Source of the DNA: Kudoa neothunni
Taxonomy: Eukaryota; Animalia; Cnidaria
NCBI GenBank assembly: GCA_964304625.1
Contig: OZ199839.1
Coordinates: 6,215,200-6,279,199 of the forward strand
Reading direction: 5' to 3'
DNA: 64,000 nt
In this document: positions 12,456-28,282 of the stretch, one piece after another
Position numbering within the stretch: the first letter of the stretch is position 1
How the letters are laid out: every line of letters starts with the position of its first letter
Notes under the pieces: model-generated
Told to the model about the DNA's origin: nothing
Seen by the model: the letters and a program-made list of their open reading frames with translations, nothing else
The model's database searches: none
Translations under genes and position numbers: made by a program

Positions 12456-13266
12456 TCATATCCCTTTGAAGTAGTATTTTCTAAATCAATTCAAACATTG
12501 AAATAAGAGTGTGCGTTTACTCCTGGCGATTTTTTCTATATCGATGAATACAACATAGTGTTGATAGTAAAATCATCGCTCCCACACTGACACAACACAC
12601 TATTGCACTAGCTATCAGTATACGACGGTGAACGTGCCACGAAACTTTAATAATAATAATAATAATAATAATTATCATCATCATCATCAATATTATCAAT
12701 ATTATCAATAATATATGGATATGTTTATATTACAGAAAAATACTGTTACCTCTACAACCGGCGTAATACACACTAGCTACTCCACAATAGTCCCTTGTAT
12801 TTGCGGTAAATCGCATACACTCACCAGTTTTCCCACAATAAAAACACTGAGTGAAAGTCTCATTACATTTAGTAATAGCTCGGTAGTTTTACTTTTTTAT
12901 TAGTTACACATGTTTCACAAGGATGATTGCTGCATTCGTCTATACCTACTTAAATGTAAGTGCATATTAAATTGTATTACCGGGTGGAATCAAGTGGGGA
13001 GGACTGGTTGTGTATGATTCTTCATGAGGAAATTCAACAATAATCTGATGAATTAATATGCCGAATTCTTGGTCAACCTTCCTTATATCTTCTTTTCTGT
13101 CTTTAAATAGATAGATAATGTTGTCTCGTAACGTATCCACATTTTTTAGAATTCGTCGTTTTATGCTTATGATTTCATTAACTTAATTATGTGAAAGATT
13201 AATCTATACATTGCAGAGCAAATAAAAACATACACGTTTCTTGATCAACTTCCAATATTATTGTAT
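12456..13266 (-). CDS. PTTG1IP/PBF-like single-pass membrane protein (PSI domain + TM); 5' start not located
   Basis: Spliced exons 13181-12981, 12945-12893, 12846-12750, 12644-12521, 12480- give GIDECSNHPCETCVTNKKCFYCGKTGECMRFTANTRDYCGVASVYYAGCRVSW...ILIASAIVCCVSVGAMILLSTLCCIHRYRKNRQE. The CxxC-x5-CxYC-x5-C PSI pattern, TM, Cys pair and basic stop-transfer match PTTG1IP. Stop at 12456 as assembled (12386 if one homopolymer base is spurious). Confidence 0.7.
12646..12712. repeat. Compound (AAT)n/(ATC)n microsatellite in an intron of the PTTG1IP-like gene
   Basis: Direct inspection. Confidence 0.85.
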
Positions 13267-15195
13267 CTATAAAATAATTTTTATTGTCTTTATAATAGAC
13301 ATGAGTAACTTAAAATATTGTTTTTACGTTTACATAACAATATAGTTAGATTATATTATATTAAGTATTGAGTCATAATTCATTTAATAATAATCGAGTA
13401 TATTTTTAAAAATTTCGATAATTAAACAATTTATAATTTATTAGATACATAAAAATTTAAAAAATTTCATTGTTTTCTTCACCTATAATTTTGTATATCT
13501 AAATGAAATGTAACGTATGATAACTTGAACGTGCGAAGGGGGAGTCATTAAATTTAACAGTTAATACATGCAACAAATAAATTTCACGTGTAGTATTAAC
13601 TTATTCGGTTTATTAGTATAACAAATTTATTTTCAAACGACTCGCTCTTTGCTTTGCAGTTGACATTAATATCGATGGAATTTTGAGGTCTAAAGGATTC
13701 AACGAATATAATATTTTAATGATAACTTGTAGTTTGGGCTATTACATGCTATTTTTAGTCTTACAACTAGTAATTAATGGTTTCTATTAAGGTTTTTAAT
13801 TATTATTTGTGTCAAGTCTTGTCATTATCATTAATTAAATCTTAAAATATTTCTTTTTGTTTTAGTTTCACACATATCTCCAATTAAAATAAATTTTAAA
13901 TATCATGTTTACCAATAAATTATCAAAAATTTCCTCAAAAAATTCGAAGGTTGTATTAGCCAACATCGTAAAAATTGATTTTTAATTTAAAGTTTTTTCG
14001 TTTCCAAAAATGGTTGAAACATTTTATTATTTTCTATTATAGGGCCCACACATTTAAACCTCTGTAAGAATATGACACTTTCCACCGATTAATACACAAT
14101 TATTTAGAAAGGAAGAGTATTGTTTGTGGTAATCGGAATTTTTATTATTCATTCATATATAAACGTGCTAGAACTCATTCTTTACCACCCTCAACCTATT
14201 GTATACAATGGAAGTCAAAATCACTTTTAGGCAAATAGTTAATCATTTATTTAGACTAACGTAACAAGGGGAATCCTTTTGTTTCGAGATTTTTAACAAT
14301 ATATGATAATTACTCTAGATTATTGATGGACCCAGGGTAGTTAGTTGCACTACGAAAATTTTCTTATTCATATTTTTCTAAAACTTACAGAAAATTACGT
14401 TAAGGAAATATTAGACAGTATTTTCGAAGATATTCATTCCCTGATATAGAGCCACTTTCTTAAAAATTCCCAGTGTGCAAACGTACATTGCTTTTAAGAT
14501 TAAATTGTACAGCGCAAATAGCTTCTTTCATAATTAAATTTATATAAATATATAATATAAATTACTTAGTTATCAGAATAAAACATTTCCGATCTTTTAA
14601 AAAAATTAATTTATACTTTTGTAAATAATCAGAATAAAAAATTTAAATTATATAAAAATATGAGGTAAATACTCTCAATTTTAAAAATTAAATTAAAAAG
14701 AAATATAAATTTATTCTCGATTATGCTCGTTACTGTAACCAACCTATAAGTTGACAAAAACTCACTCGAATTGGTTTCATCTATATTTCCAAGGTTGCGA
14801 TCAATTATCTTGCTAGACTAAAAATTGATTGAAAAAATTATTAGGTAAGTAACACTCAAATACCTTCACCTTGTGGACAGATTCGTTAATACAATTGACA
14901 TAGATATTGCTTATATTCCAAACCAGGCCAAACACAGCTAAAGAAATTTGACGATTTAATCATCCTCATATCTCAAACTAACCATACCGAATAAAGTAAC
15001 TTTAAAAATGGTTAAATTCATAATGCACTTATACTGATGTTATCTAATGGTGGGAACAATATCAAACTGCTTTCTGTTACTATATAAGAAACTACCGATG
15101 TGTACTAACTGGAATTATTGTATTATTTCGAACAATACACGATGAAAACACAAACACAAAATATTATGATTAATCAGTGTGAGAATAGATAGTTA

Positions 15196-18025
<2,830 letters not shown>

Positions 18026-18342
18026 TGCGCCTCTTTTCTCGCTAATCCGTGCATACCCGGATTAATAATTTATAATCCATTAAAATACAGGTATAATTTT
18101 ATTTATACATATTTCCTCCAAATTAGAACATATGAATCAGTCGTTTTATTGAAACAATACCTAAATTAATTATATTCTAATCACTGCTAATTTATATTTA
18201 GTTATTTGATTCGGAAACTATTGGGCAAATAAACGCATCCATATTCCTTATAATTATTACATTTGATTTTACTTTTAGAAAAAAAGATGTGATAACAATA
18301 AAAATCATATAAAAAGAATAGTGATTGTTTGCGGTAAAAAAT

Positions 18343-18876
18343 TCAATATCGCAGGTTTTTATTAGCGGAAACAGTAATCAATCGATCAAAATTTGGTGAA
18401 TCTATTCGTTCCCCCTTTAGCACACCCTGGAGAGGATTCAAAAGATGCTTGACAAGAAGTTGATTGACGTCGTTGAAAAAAATTCGAATCCCATCGTGAT
18501 TGGGGACGTCATGTAACAAAATCATTCGAATACCCGAATAACACAAATATCCGGATATCATGTATTCGCCATATTTGTCAACTTGTTTGAGGTAACTATC
18601 AGACAAAAATTACACCAAACCATTATTGGTCACCGAATCTTACAACTGGTCGGTTTTAAATTTTATATCATCAACAGCATCCAGCGCCGAATGACACAAG
18701 TATTGAACATGGTGTTTGTAGTTGTCAGGCTGCAGATACATCAAATAGATTACTATAACGATAATTACTCTAGCTAAGAAACCATTTCGAGGACGAAAAC
18801 AAAATTCAGTATCATACACCATACTATCGTCATCTAACAGAATCATAAAATAGTAAAATTTGCATGAAGAAGACAT
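18343..18876 (-). CDS. TRAPPC2: Trafficking protein particle complex subunit 2 (sedlin)
   Basis: Introns 18730-18768 and 18596-18643. Spliced protein has HHVQYLCHSALDAVDD...YLKQVDKYGEYMISGYL...RMILLHD...DGIRIFFNDV...LLNP...FDR, collinear with sedlin motifs. Confidence 0.9.
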
Positions 18877-19790
18877 TAAATTGATGAAATAAGTCCAACT
18901 TAATGTCGGAATTCATCGCAATTTTCCGGCGATTTTGTAAAAATTCTTTGGCCGTGTTTATTTTGCCGGACGCGCTTTTTCTCTTAAACTAATAATTCAG
19001 TCGTTATTATACCCACTAAAAAATATCTTTTATAAAGGCGGAATATGAATTTGATTTCATTAATTCAGGGACGTACCTTAACCTAACCAATTTGTATCAA
19101 TATATTCTAAATGAAACCAAGGTGTAGTACAACTATTTGGCTAATTCTTTGATAAAATTCTTACAATAAAATAAATATCTCATGGAATGATTATACATCA
19201 TTAAAATTTAATAAAATGTTGAGTATTCTATTTTTTCAATTTTTAGATAGATGATACCATGTAACTTCACATAAAATTAAGTTCTATTCCTATATATCGA
19301 CATTATTATTATTATTATTATTGTTATCATTATAATAAAAGAATTATTTTCTAAAATCTATAACTATTTGTAATACAACTTTTGGTCTGCCTCTCAACTT
19401 CGTCACTGTTGGTAACTTTATTCCTATAATTTCGGGGATTTCGCAACATGGATAAAATTCAACTAGCTATCAAAGATGGATATTTAACCGTATAACCATT
19501 CACAATATCCTCGATTTTCATAACAGTTATTTATGTGTCATTATCTCGAACTCCTTGTATATCGACCCTCTCCTTTCATTATTCCTCAGTAACGGAGGGT
19601 AAAATAAAAATTGTACTTAATGCACTCTTATTAAATTTTGGATCTGAAATTTCTTGATTGTTGTTGATAATAGATTTAGAGGTTATTTTAAACTAAATTA
19701 TGTTGATATATTAATAATAGAAAACATGAACTATCTTATCCAAAGAATCCTCGTTAAAAATAAGCGAGATTAATTCATACAAAATTTTGT

Positions 19791-20301
19791 TTAACCCTTT
19801 GAACCCCGAATTTAATTCAGCGACTGAAAAGGTTATTTTTCCTCATTATGTTTAATTTTAAATAACTTCATTTAAAATATCCAAAAATTGAACCACTAAT
19901 TTCAAAAATTATAGGGTTACACACATGGTGCCAAATGTCAACATGGATTAATCTGTCCTTTTAACATACATGTAAACACATATTTTTTTCTTAGATTCAT
20001 TTTTAGAATAAACCTATTTAATAGTATATGTGTATATTTTTTAATTCTACCGAAACCTCCAAATTCTAAGTTAAATTGCATGGTACTTTTTGTTTTTTGT
20101 ATATTTGCCGTCAAGTTTGATATTTGTCTATATTGCTATTGATATAAAACGTATAAGTTTTTATAATTCATTTTTAAAAAATCACATAAATATGAACTAT
20201 ATTATTATGATAAAGATATATTTAAAAAATGTAATTAAATGGTTAAAACACTCAAATAATTAAAATGTTGCCATTCGGCAATATCAGGACTTAAGGGTCA
20301 A
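19791..20301. mobile_element. piggyBac-type non-autonomous element
   Basis: TTAA-CCCTTTGAACCCCGA at the left end; degenerate inverted end TCAGGACTTAAGGG-TCAA at the right. Confidence 0.45.
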
Positions 20302-20944
20302 TATATCATGTTTAGTCCTCAGCGATGCCATTTTTTTTGCAAAGAATTTAAGCTTTAAATATCGATTAAAGGTAGAGTTTGGAGCAGATAATTCATTCGA
20401 ATTTTATCTATTAGCCGGCTGCACATTACAAAAATAATTCTAAATATGTATATCTTGGTCATTTTAATAAATGATGGGTAATAATTCTTGTGTCCCTTCC
20501 AATTATAAATTTTTTGGTCATATAAATCCATATTCATTTTCTTTCTAATAGTAATAATATGTCTGCATGTTAACTTTATACTTAAGCTGACGCAACATGT
20601 TCAATTATCGGAATAAGATTCGATTTAATTATTTATTTCAACTTTCATAATATTGTATGCATATAACGTGAATGATGTGTTATATCTTATATTAGTGTCT
20701 GAATTTCATTTTTTAACGGTTTGAGTTGTTAGCTCTTTAACTGCTCTACTCTCCCGCTCAGTTCTTATACTTGATAAACAAATTGGCAAATCTTCTATAA
20801 TCTCCGATCCAGTAACAAAAGTGCTTCCGTTTTGAATACGTATCTATTGATTCTTTAGCCTTTCCAAAATTCGGTAATGAATCAACGACCTCAAGGTCTG
20901 GTATAGTATCTTGCATAATTAGCGTTTTATCAGACTCTCCTTCC

Positions 20945-21780
20945 TTAACCTTCTAAAGAAGTGAAAAAAACTATCTTCGGAGGATCTTTGGGGTCAATTT
21001 GACCCCAGATTATTATTTGATAAACAAGTTCCAAAAATCGCTACCAATTCAATTTTCTGATACTTTCAATTTCCATCGACCATTTTTTCAGAAAAATAAT
21101 ATGAAATATAACAATTATTATTTAATTTCACTTAGACCGTAATACTTTTTCAGTTGTTTTTATTAATCTAAACTAGCGCGAAACCCCACCTTTGTCAGGT
21201 TACACAAATATTTTGAGTTGAAGAACCCTTTTTAAAATCATGCAAAATATATTTATAATCTTAGTTACCCCTAGGATTAACGAAACTAAAATATTTTTAA
21301 AGAAAATCGCACAAGCTGTGTATCAACCACCTCACACGGACCAAAATTTAAAGAAAGGGGAAATAGTCTTCGAATAATTGATAAAAAAACTCAAACCACA
21401 TGCTCATGTTACAATAAATACTATTGCTCAGTTCGTTCATGAAGAAATGTAGGAATTGTTCAAATAATCAGATAATTCGGATCGAATTTTTAAAAATTTT
21501 TATAATTTTTTTGTTGCAAGAGGAATGTATAGTATTCAATTTATCGACTAAAAGAATTGACGCAAAGTATCATTTTTCGTACAATCATTTGTGAACAGGA
21601 TCCGAGATTATTAGGAAGATATTAACACAGATTAAATGATATATTAATCACCATTTTACCAAAGAATGAGTCGATAGAATTTACAAAACATCACTTTTGT
21701 ACTTTTTAAAAAATTTTTATAGTATAATTGTAAAACAAAAATTTGGGGTCAATTTGACCCCAAAGTCCTCGGAGGGTTAA
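20945..21780. mobile_element. piggyBac-type MITE
   Basis: TTAA-CC...GGG-TTAA ends; the subterminal palindrome GGGGTCAATTTGACCCC occurs near both ends (~20990, ~21745). Confidence 0.8.
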
Positions 21781-22227
21781 TGGTAGAATTAGGTATTATC
21801 ATCGTTACTGTTGTATTTTAAAGGTCATTTTACTCGTTTATGATACTATACTACATACAGTTAACTTCATTAAAGAAATATACACTGGTTCATCAAAAAC
21901 TTAAAGTATTAGTATTGATACTTATACGAGAATTAAAAATATCCTCGATCCACTTGGTTTCCTAACTGTTATCTAACAAAATAAATGAAACCAAATTTAC
22001 ATTTTGCATTTAAAAAAGATACTTTTGGAGAAAATGATAACGATTGAATTATTACTTAAAAGAAAAAGCGCGCTCAGCAAAATAGACACTGCCAAGTAGA
22101 TTAATCCAGGTCCTTCTGATTGTTGGTCCGAGGCGAAAAACTTAAGTCAATGATAAAATTTTACGGCGAGCATGCTTTGTACCTAACGAGAACCGATCCT
22201 AAGAAATCAGAATTTCTCCCGATAATA

Positions 22228-22873
22228 CAGTCGAACCTCTATTATCTGGAAGTCGCGCTATTTTGGTGATATTTTAAATTTTATTTGGATTATATTGAGA
22301 TTACGTGTCGATAAATGTTCGATTATCCAGAATCTCGCTAACCGTAACAATTATTTAATCGTAATTCCGATTTAAAATACTGCCATTCACCATAAGACTT
22401 ATACGACGTAGCATATATACAAATTCGATACTTTAAACAAAAATATTTCTAATTATTTATTAATTTTTCTTTTAAAACTTAAATTAAGCATTCAGTCCTT
22501 ACATAAACTTTTATTGTATCTGAACATATGCCTGCATGTATATTAAACAAGCTTTAATTACCGATTATTTAAAAAAATGGATCATTTCTCTGTAGACGTG
22601 TTTTTCCCATAATTATGTACTGATTTTTCCTACAAGTTTCCATATTCTTTGTAATTAGATTTTCCAATTTTTATCAATTTAAATTGCGTAAGTCAAACTA
22701 TTTCACTTAATAAATAGTAAAAATTGTTTATAAATCAAATGATCAATCTTCTAAGTAGAATTTTTTTAAATTTGTAAACGTGTGACAATGCTTATCTTCG
22801 ATTAACCGGAACCTCGCTATCCGGGGAAAATCGCTGGTCCCAAATTTTCCACCGGATAGTCCAAGTTGGACTG
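22228..22873. mobile_element. pogo/Tigger-type MITE
   Basis: TA|CAGTCGAACCTCTATTATCTGG ... CCGGATAGTCCAAGTTGGACTG|TA, with internal repeats of the TIR motif. Confidence 0.8.
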
Positions 22874-23095
22874 TATATCATGCACGATTTTCGCGTAATC
22901 GACTCCGAAATAAGTTTGATGCAAATAGTCATTTTTTTACAAAAAGCTATTTAATATATTTTTGATTCATCGATTAAAATTTTCTCAACAATTCCTTTAA
23001 TTTTAAACGAAATTTTGTTAAATGAACACGGAGAAAAACTAAAAATTAACTTTCCGATGTTGATTAATGATAGCTGGTGAGGTAAATTTTTAAGG

Positions 23096-23860
23096 ATGAG
23101 CGGTTTTGAGCACGAATTTATGTTGAATGATGATACTGAGGCCAGTAAAATTTATGACGACAAAATTTCTGAAAATTGCTATGTTGATAAAAATAAAGAT
23201 AAATGTTCGATTGAAAGACCTAGAATAGCGACAACGGGAAGGGAGAATATTATAAGCCAACACTCTGGAATAGCAACGTACGCTACAGCAAGAATCACCG
23301 AAATGGTGGATTCGTTTTTGATATTTTTCAATCAAACTTTTTTTCAAATGTGATATCAAAGACGAACAAGTTTGGATTGGTTCATTATAACAATAACTAG
23401 AAAACTTTAACCGATGTGGAAATGAAGGCTTACATAGATGTTCTTGTCTATGTAACTATTTCAAAAACTAAGTTGGAGTCCATGATGTTGCTATAGAATG
23501 TCGAATAGGTAAACCTATATTCAGACAAATAATGCCTCTAAAACGAATTACCAAAATATCGAGGACGCTCCACATTGATTACTTTGAAACTCATGAAGCT
23601 CGTCGTTCTGTAGACAAAAGTTTCCCAATGTTGAAAGTATTTGAAAACTGGATAGCTTGCATTTCCAAATTGGTTATACCTGGAGAGAATTTGACAATGG
23701 ATGAACAATTTGTTGCGTTTCGTGGAAATGTCCCTTTAAAGTTTAAACAGTACATGCCTCCAAGACAGCTGCTTATGGCATCAAATTTTTCTTGGTCACC
23801 GATTCTGTAACGAAGAATACACATAACATATCAGTGTGTTTAGGGAGGAATAATGATCAA
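23096..23860 (+). pseudogene. piggyBac transposase pseudogene (element ~22060-25674)
   Basis: ENIISQHSG...SFLIFF...EMKAYI...PIFRQIMPLKR...PGENLTMDEQFVAFRG...FKQYMP (first catalytic Asp region), with stops and frameshifts; probable right end GCGAGG-TTAA at 25674. Confidence 0.9.
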
Positions 23861-23862
23861 CG

Positions 23863-25523
23863 AGCGAAAAATGTCAACTCGTAAATTTTAGCAATTCTTC
23901 ACCCGAACACTGTCCGATACCTGTTCAATCTCCATTTTTTTCCAATTAACATCGATAATAATAATTTAATTTCTCCATTTAATAAACGTTAGACTTATTC
24001 AATGCAATAATGAGATTAACATGACATGTGTGAATTAAGTGGTTTCATCTAGTTTTTTCGGAAATTTTACTTGTTTTCATTAAGCAATAATCCAATAAAA
24101 TTATTATATACATTGTTAGATGAAGGTTTTCTTCGAGATCTTCCTCGAATGTATTCTAATTTTTCTTATTTCAATTGCTTTTCAATAACAAAATGCCGAA
24201 CTTATGTCAGAAGAGCTGTCACAAATGGAATCATATGAGCGATATGATTATGATTATATGTTTTTTTATTTCTTTAAAGATTAATAAAATCTCTCCAAAA
24301 CCGCTTTAGTACGATTTCGGTCACAAACTAAATTATCCCTGATAAGAGGATTTCTTTCCAATTTCAAGTTGTGATGGTCCATCTCTCGTAATCTAAGTAT
24401 GAAAAAAAATTATTTATCATTATTGCATAGACAATTTTATTTTATCCGGATCTAACATGATTATTTGGGGAAGTAAAACGGGGCCCAACTGTTTTTTGAA
24501 ACTTGGAGATATTTGCTTTCTCAACGTTAATAGGCGAATCAATTGGCGGCGAAAGTTTTGTGATTGAAATTGACAAAATTCTCAATGATAAATAAAAAAG
24601 TTTTCTTCGATAATCTAGAAAACTTTTAGCCGAGGAATGGTTTTGATAAATTTAGGGTAGAAATGTTTAATTTTTAATCAACGTTCTAAGGACAATTAAA
24701 TATACTATTCAATAAACAAATTAATCAATTAATCAGAATTTGAATTTTTAACGTGTAAAAAAAAAGATGTGGTATTTTTATTATAACCATGTGTACGTAG
24801 ATTTAATCGAACCCAATCCTAAAATGATTATTAAATAATAATATATAAAAATTAATATAAATCCAACAATAACACACATAGTAGTTATGGAATTATTGTC
24901 AACAGTTTCATAACTTTAATTAAAAATTACGCTATGTTTACGATATAAAAAATATATATTATTACTTAATACTTATAAAATTTTAATATTAAATTAATAT
25001 ATTAGTTAAAAAATAGATTGCATATAAAATCTGCCAATTATGTTAACATTCCTTGTCAACATTTATACTAAAATCTAATTTTTAATTCTAATTTTATTTA
25101 TCAAAAATGATTAGTTATATTAACAAATTTCTGTATAAAATTCGTACAAAGATTTTTTAAATAAGGTATCGAGTATACTGATAGTTTTGAATTGTCCATA
25201 TTACTATAAAAAATTTATAAACTAACCATGACGTTGGTAAACTTATATATTTATATTAATGTTAAAATAATACTTTTGTAATATGGAAAATAAGATGTTT
25301 TTGTTAAATATTCGAGTAGTCCATTTTTAGTATTTATCCACTTGAAATTGTAACATTTAAATATAGGAAAAATCTAATGAATGGTAATGAATAAGTTTTA
25401 AATTAAGAACTAGGAATAAGAAGAGAATATTCAATGTTAATTGTAACAAAATGGAGATTGCACGAGTACACGGCAGTGTTCGAATGAAGAATTGCTAAAA
25501 TTTAGAAGTCGTTATTTTTCGCT
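23863..25523. mobile_element. Non-autonomous DNA element with ~90-bp TIRs, inserted in the piggyBac relic
   Basis: 23863-23951 (AGCGAAAAAT...TAAATTTTAGCAATTCTTCA...CGAACACTG...CAATCTCCATTTT...CAATTAACAT) is the reverse complement of 25434-25523. Confidence 0.75.
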
Positions 25524-26713
25524 GTATATTTTATCACGATATTCTTTTATTTTATTATAAACAATCGTGAAAAATTTGGAGAAAAATCATTCGCATGATG
25601 GAGCTTTTCAGTTGCTACCCACTCCCCCATTACCGGAGAGTGTATTGTCGGTTTTAGAGCGCTCGCGAGGTTAAAAATAATTGTTGAAATATTTAATTTT
25701 TAATAAAAAAGAAAAAAAGTATAAAAACTTTTTAAAATAAATTAAAAAGCAAACGAGACTAAAACTTAAATTGTGGTCAAGAATAAGTTTTTGTTAGTTG
25801 AATTATTTTAGATTTTTATACTTAAATTCAAATCAATATGTACTCAAGAATTACTTAAACTAAACCTTTACATTCGACATTTGATCGAATATATGTTTTT
25901 TTCGTTAATCTTTAATTTCTAATTATAAATACAACATTTGGCTCGTGCTCAAAAATTTACGTCTAATATTTTGCACGAAAATATTATTATATCTAATGAA
26001 TCATAAAATATGATTTACGCATATCTTTATCCGATAAATAGCTTCGCATCGATTTTATTATTGTCAAAAAAGAGAAGAAAAAAAATTCCAAACAATTAAA
26101 TTAATTATCAGTAGTATTTATCTTATTTACAGTTGTTTTCTTGTTAAAGTAGTTGGGGTTTTTTCATGTTGGGATAATTTTAGTAACAAAATTTTTTCTT
26201 TCTATAAAGAAATCCATTGCTAAAAATTTGTATTGAAAAGGGATACAGGGTTCTCCTCATATATGGTAGGGATTGCTGAAAATAAAATGAATCGAGAAGC
26301 GCTGGATTAGATGATTTGATCTAATTAGAGACAAATTAGCCTGTTTTATCAATCCGTAAATTTCCATCTCCACAATGAGTTATAGAACGTACTTTCGCGG
26401 ATACCGGAGGTTTACTTTAGTTTTAAGAGAACCAATTTTGAGAAAATCTCCTTTAACAAATAATTAAGATAACGTATCGGAATTTTTTAAAATACTCTTG
26501 TTTGCTTCACTTTATTAGAGCTGCATATTACATTCCAAACCAAATGAAAAAATTTTATTCCTGATCAATACGGTCACAAAATATTGTAGATTTATGAAAA
26601 CATTTGATGACCGTTGTTTGTGAAATATGTCTCAAATATTTTTAATGGTTGTAATGTAATCTATTAACGTGTAATTATGTCCGCATAGAATTTTTCGGGG
26701 TGACATTTTAGAG

Positions 26714-27236
26714 CAGGGGTCTGAAACTTACGCCACGCGGGCCTAACCCGACCCTTCAGTTATCTATACCCCCTGTCATGAATTAACAGCATAAAACTTT
26801 TTCATAATGTATAAAATACCCAAATGATTTTTAAGTTTTTTCAAGATCATTTTTCTAAATGTTATATGTTGTTGATGTAAATATTTTAACCAAGTAAAAT
26901 TCATTTTCGTTGAATTGGAAAACTAGAATAAATATGATGATAAAATAAGGTAAAAATTATTTTTACAAAATTGTAATATATTTTGAAAAAGATAGGTACA
27001 TCTCATGTTGTTTGAAATCATCCAATAAATCGTTCTTTCACAAGGTAAGCGCAGGTTGATTACATTGGAAGTGAAAATTAAAAAAAATAATAGTATCATA
27101 CGACGTACTTTTCTATTTTAAAAGACTTTTATAAATTCTTTTATATTCAAAATTGAAATTATAATTAACAATAATTTAAAATTTATATGGATTAATTTTA
27201 ATACTGCACGTCACCTATAAATGTTGCCAACCCCTG
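26714..27236. mobile_element. hAT-type MITE
   Basis: CAGGGGT...ACCCCTG ends; perfect 8-bp TSD TTTTAGAG (26706-26713 / 27237-27244). Confidence 0.9.
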
Positions 27237-27299
27237 TTTTAGAGAATGTATTTTTCCGGGATTCAATTGTTGAGTTCAACTAGTTTTATCATTATTCTT

Positions 27300-27900
27300 T
27301 GGTAAAAAGCGACATTTTATCTGTAGTAAACAGTCCAAACCTTTCTGTGGGGTTGATGACTGGTCTAATAAAATTAAAACTTTTCGATTCTTAACAAAAA
27401 GATTATTATTTAAATCTTATATTATTTGATGGAAAATGCTAAATGTCATCCAAGAGTTATTCTACGTGTAATACCCAACAGAAAATTTCGTAATTCCTTC
27501 GAATCAATGCGGATCTTTAAATTTATCGATCACAACCAAAAGAAGTTATCTCCCGCTTGGTTACTTGGTTAATCTGATACTAACACTGCAATCCTATTCT
27601 TCGAGAAAATTTTTTAACGAATATTTTTTATAATGTGACGGGTTTTTCAATTAATTCATTAAATTTTGAGGTGTCGACGCTCCCAACCTATCCAAGCAGT
27701 CTTTTGAATCGGAGTCCATGGAATTTTTTTAAATCCACAAAGTTATCCTCTACTTTCGGAAACACTTTTGGGCCCAAATTCTTCTCTGGTAAGCGTGGGG
27801 TTTTCCGTAATGACCTAACCAGGTACTGATTTTCTAAATGTCTTGCCTTGTAAACTCAATCATAAATTTAAGTATCCATACCTTAAGAATCACCTAAAAC
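27300..27900 (-). pseudogene. pogo/Tigger transposase (DDE_1) relic
   Basis: Degenerate minus-strand peptide LVVIDKFKDP..FEGI..FSVGYY..NNSWMTFSIF, matching the Tigger 'N.KAWMT..IF' region. Confidence 0.55.
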
Positions 27901-28282
27901 AATTTTTGTTGTCAGAAAAATAATAATTGGCTAATTTTTTATTCAATTGCAAGTGTGGCTTCAAACGCGAATGACCTATACATCTTTATATGAATATTTA
28001 AGAAAAAATAATTTGAAAATATTTAATATTTTTAATGTGTCACATTTTTGCACCGATTATGTTCTCTCTAAATTTCAAAAAGTTAATTATCTCGTAAAAG
28101 TTTATTTGATATTAATTGTTTTCGAGTCATTCTGAAACCTCGCTAAACTCAGTCACGGACTTCAAAAAGCCACGTTATACGGGGGAATTTCGCAATCGGA
28201 AAACATTATCACGTTTGATCATTTTCGTTAAAATCTTTACTCCATATTTATAATTTAAGACAGAATATAGATACATAGATTC

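Noticed and set aside
18026-18990. E2F/MCB-like GC motifs upstream of MCM5 and TRAPPC2
   Set aside because: Only partial matches to short motifs; not distinguishable from chance.
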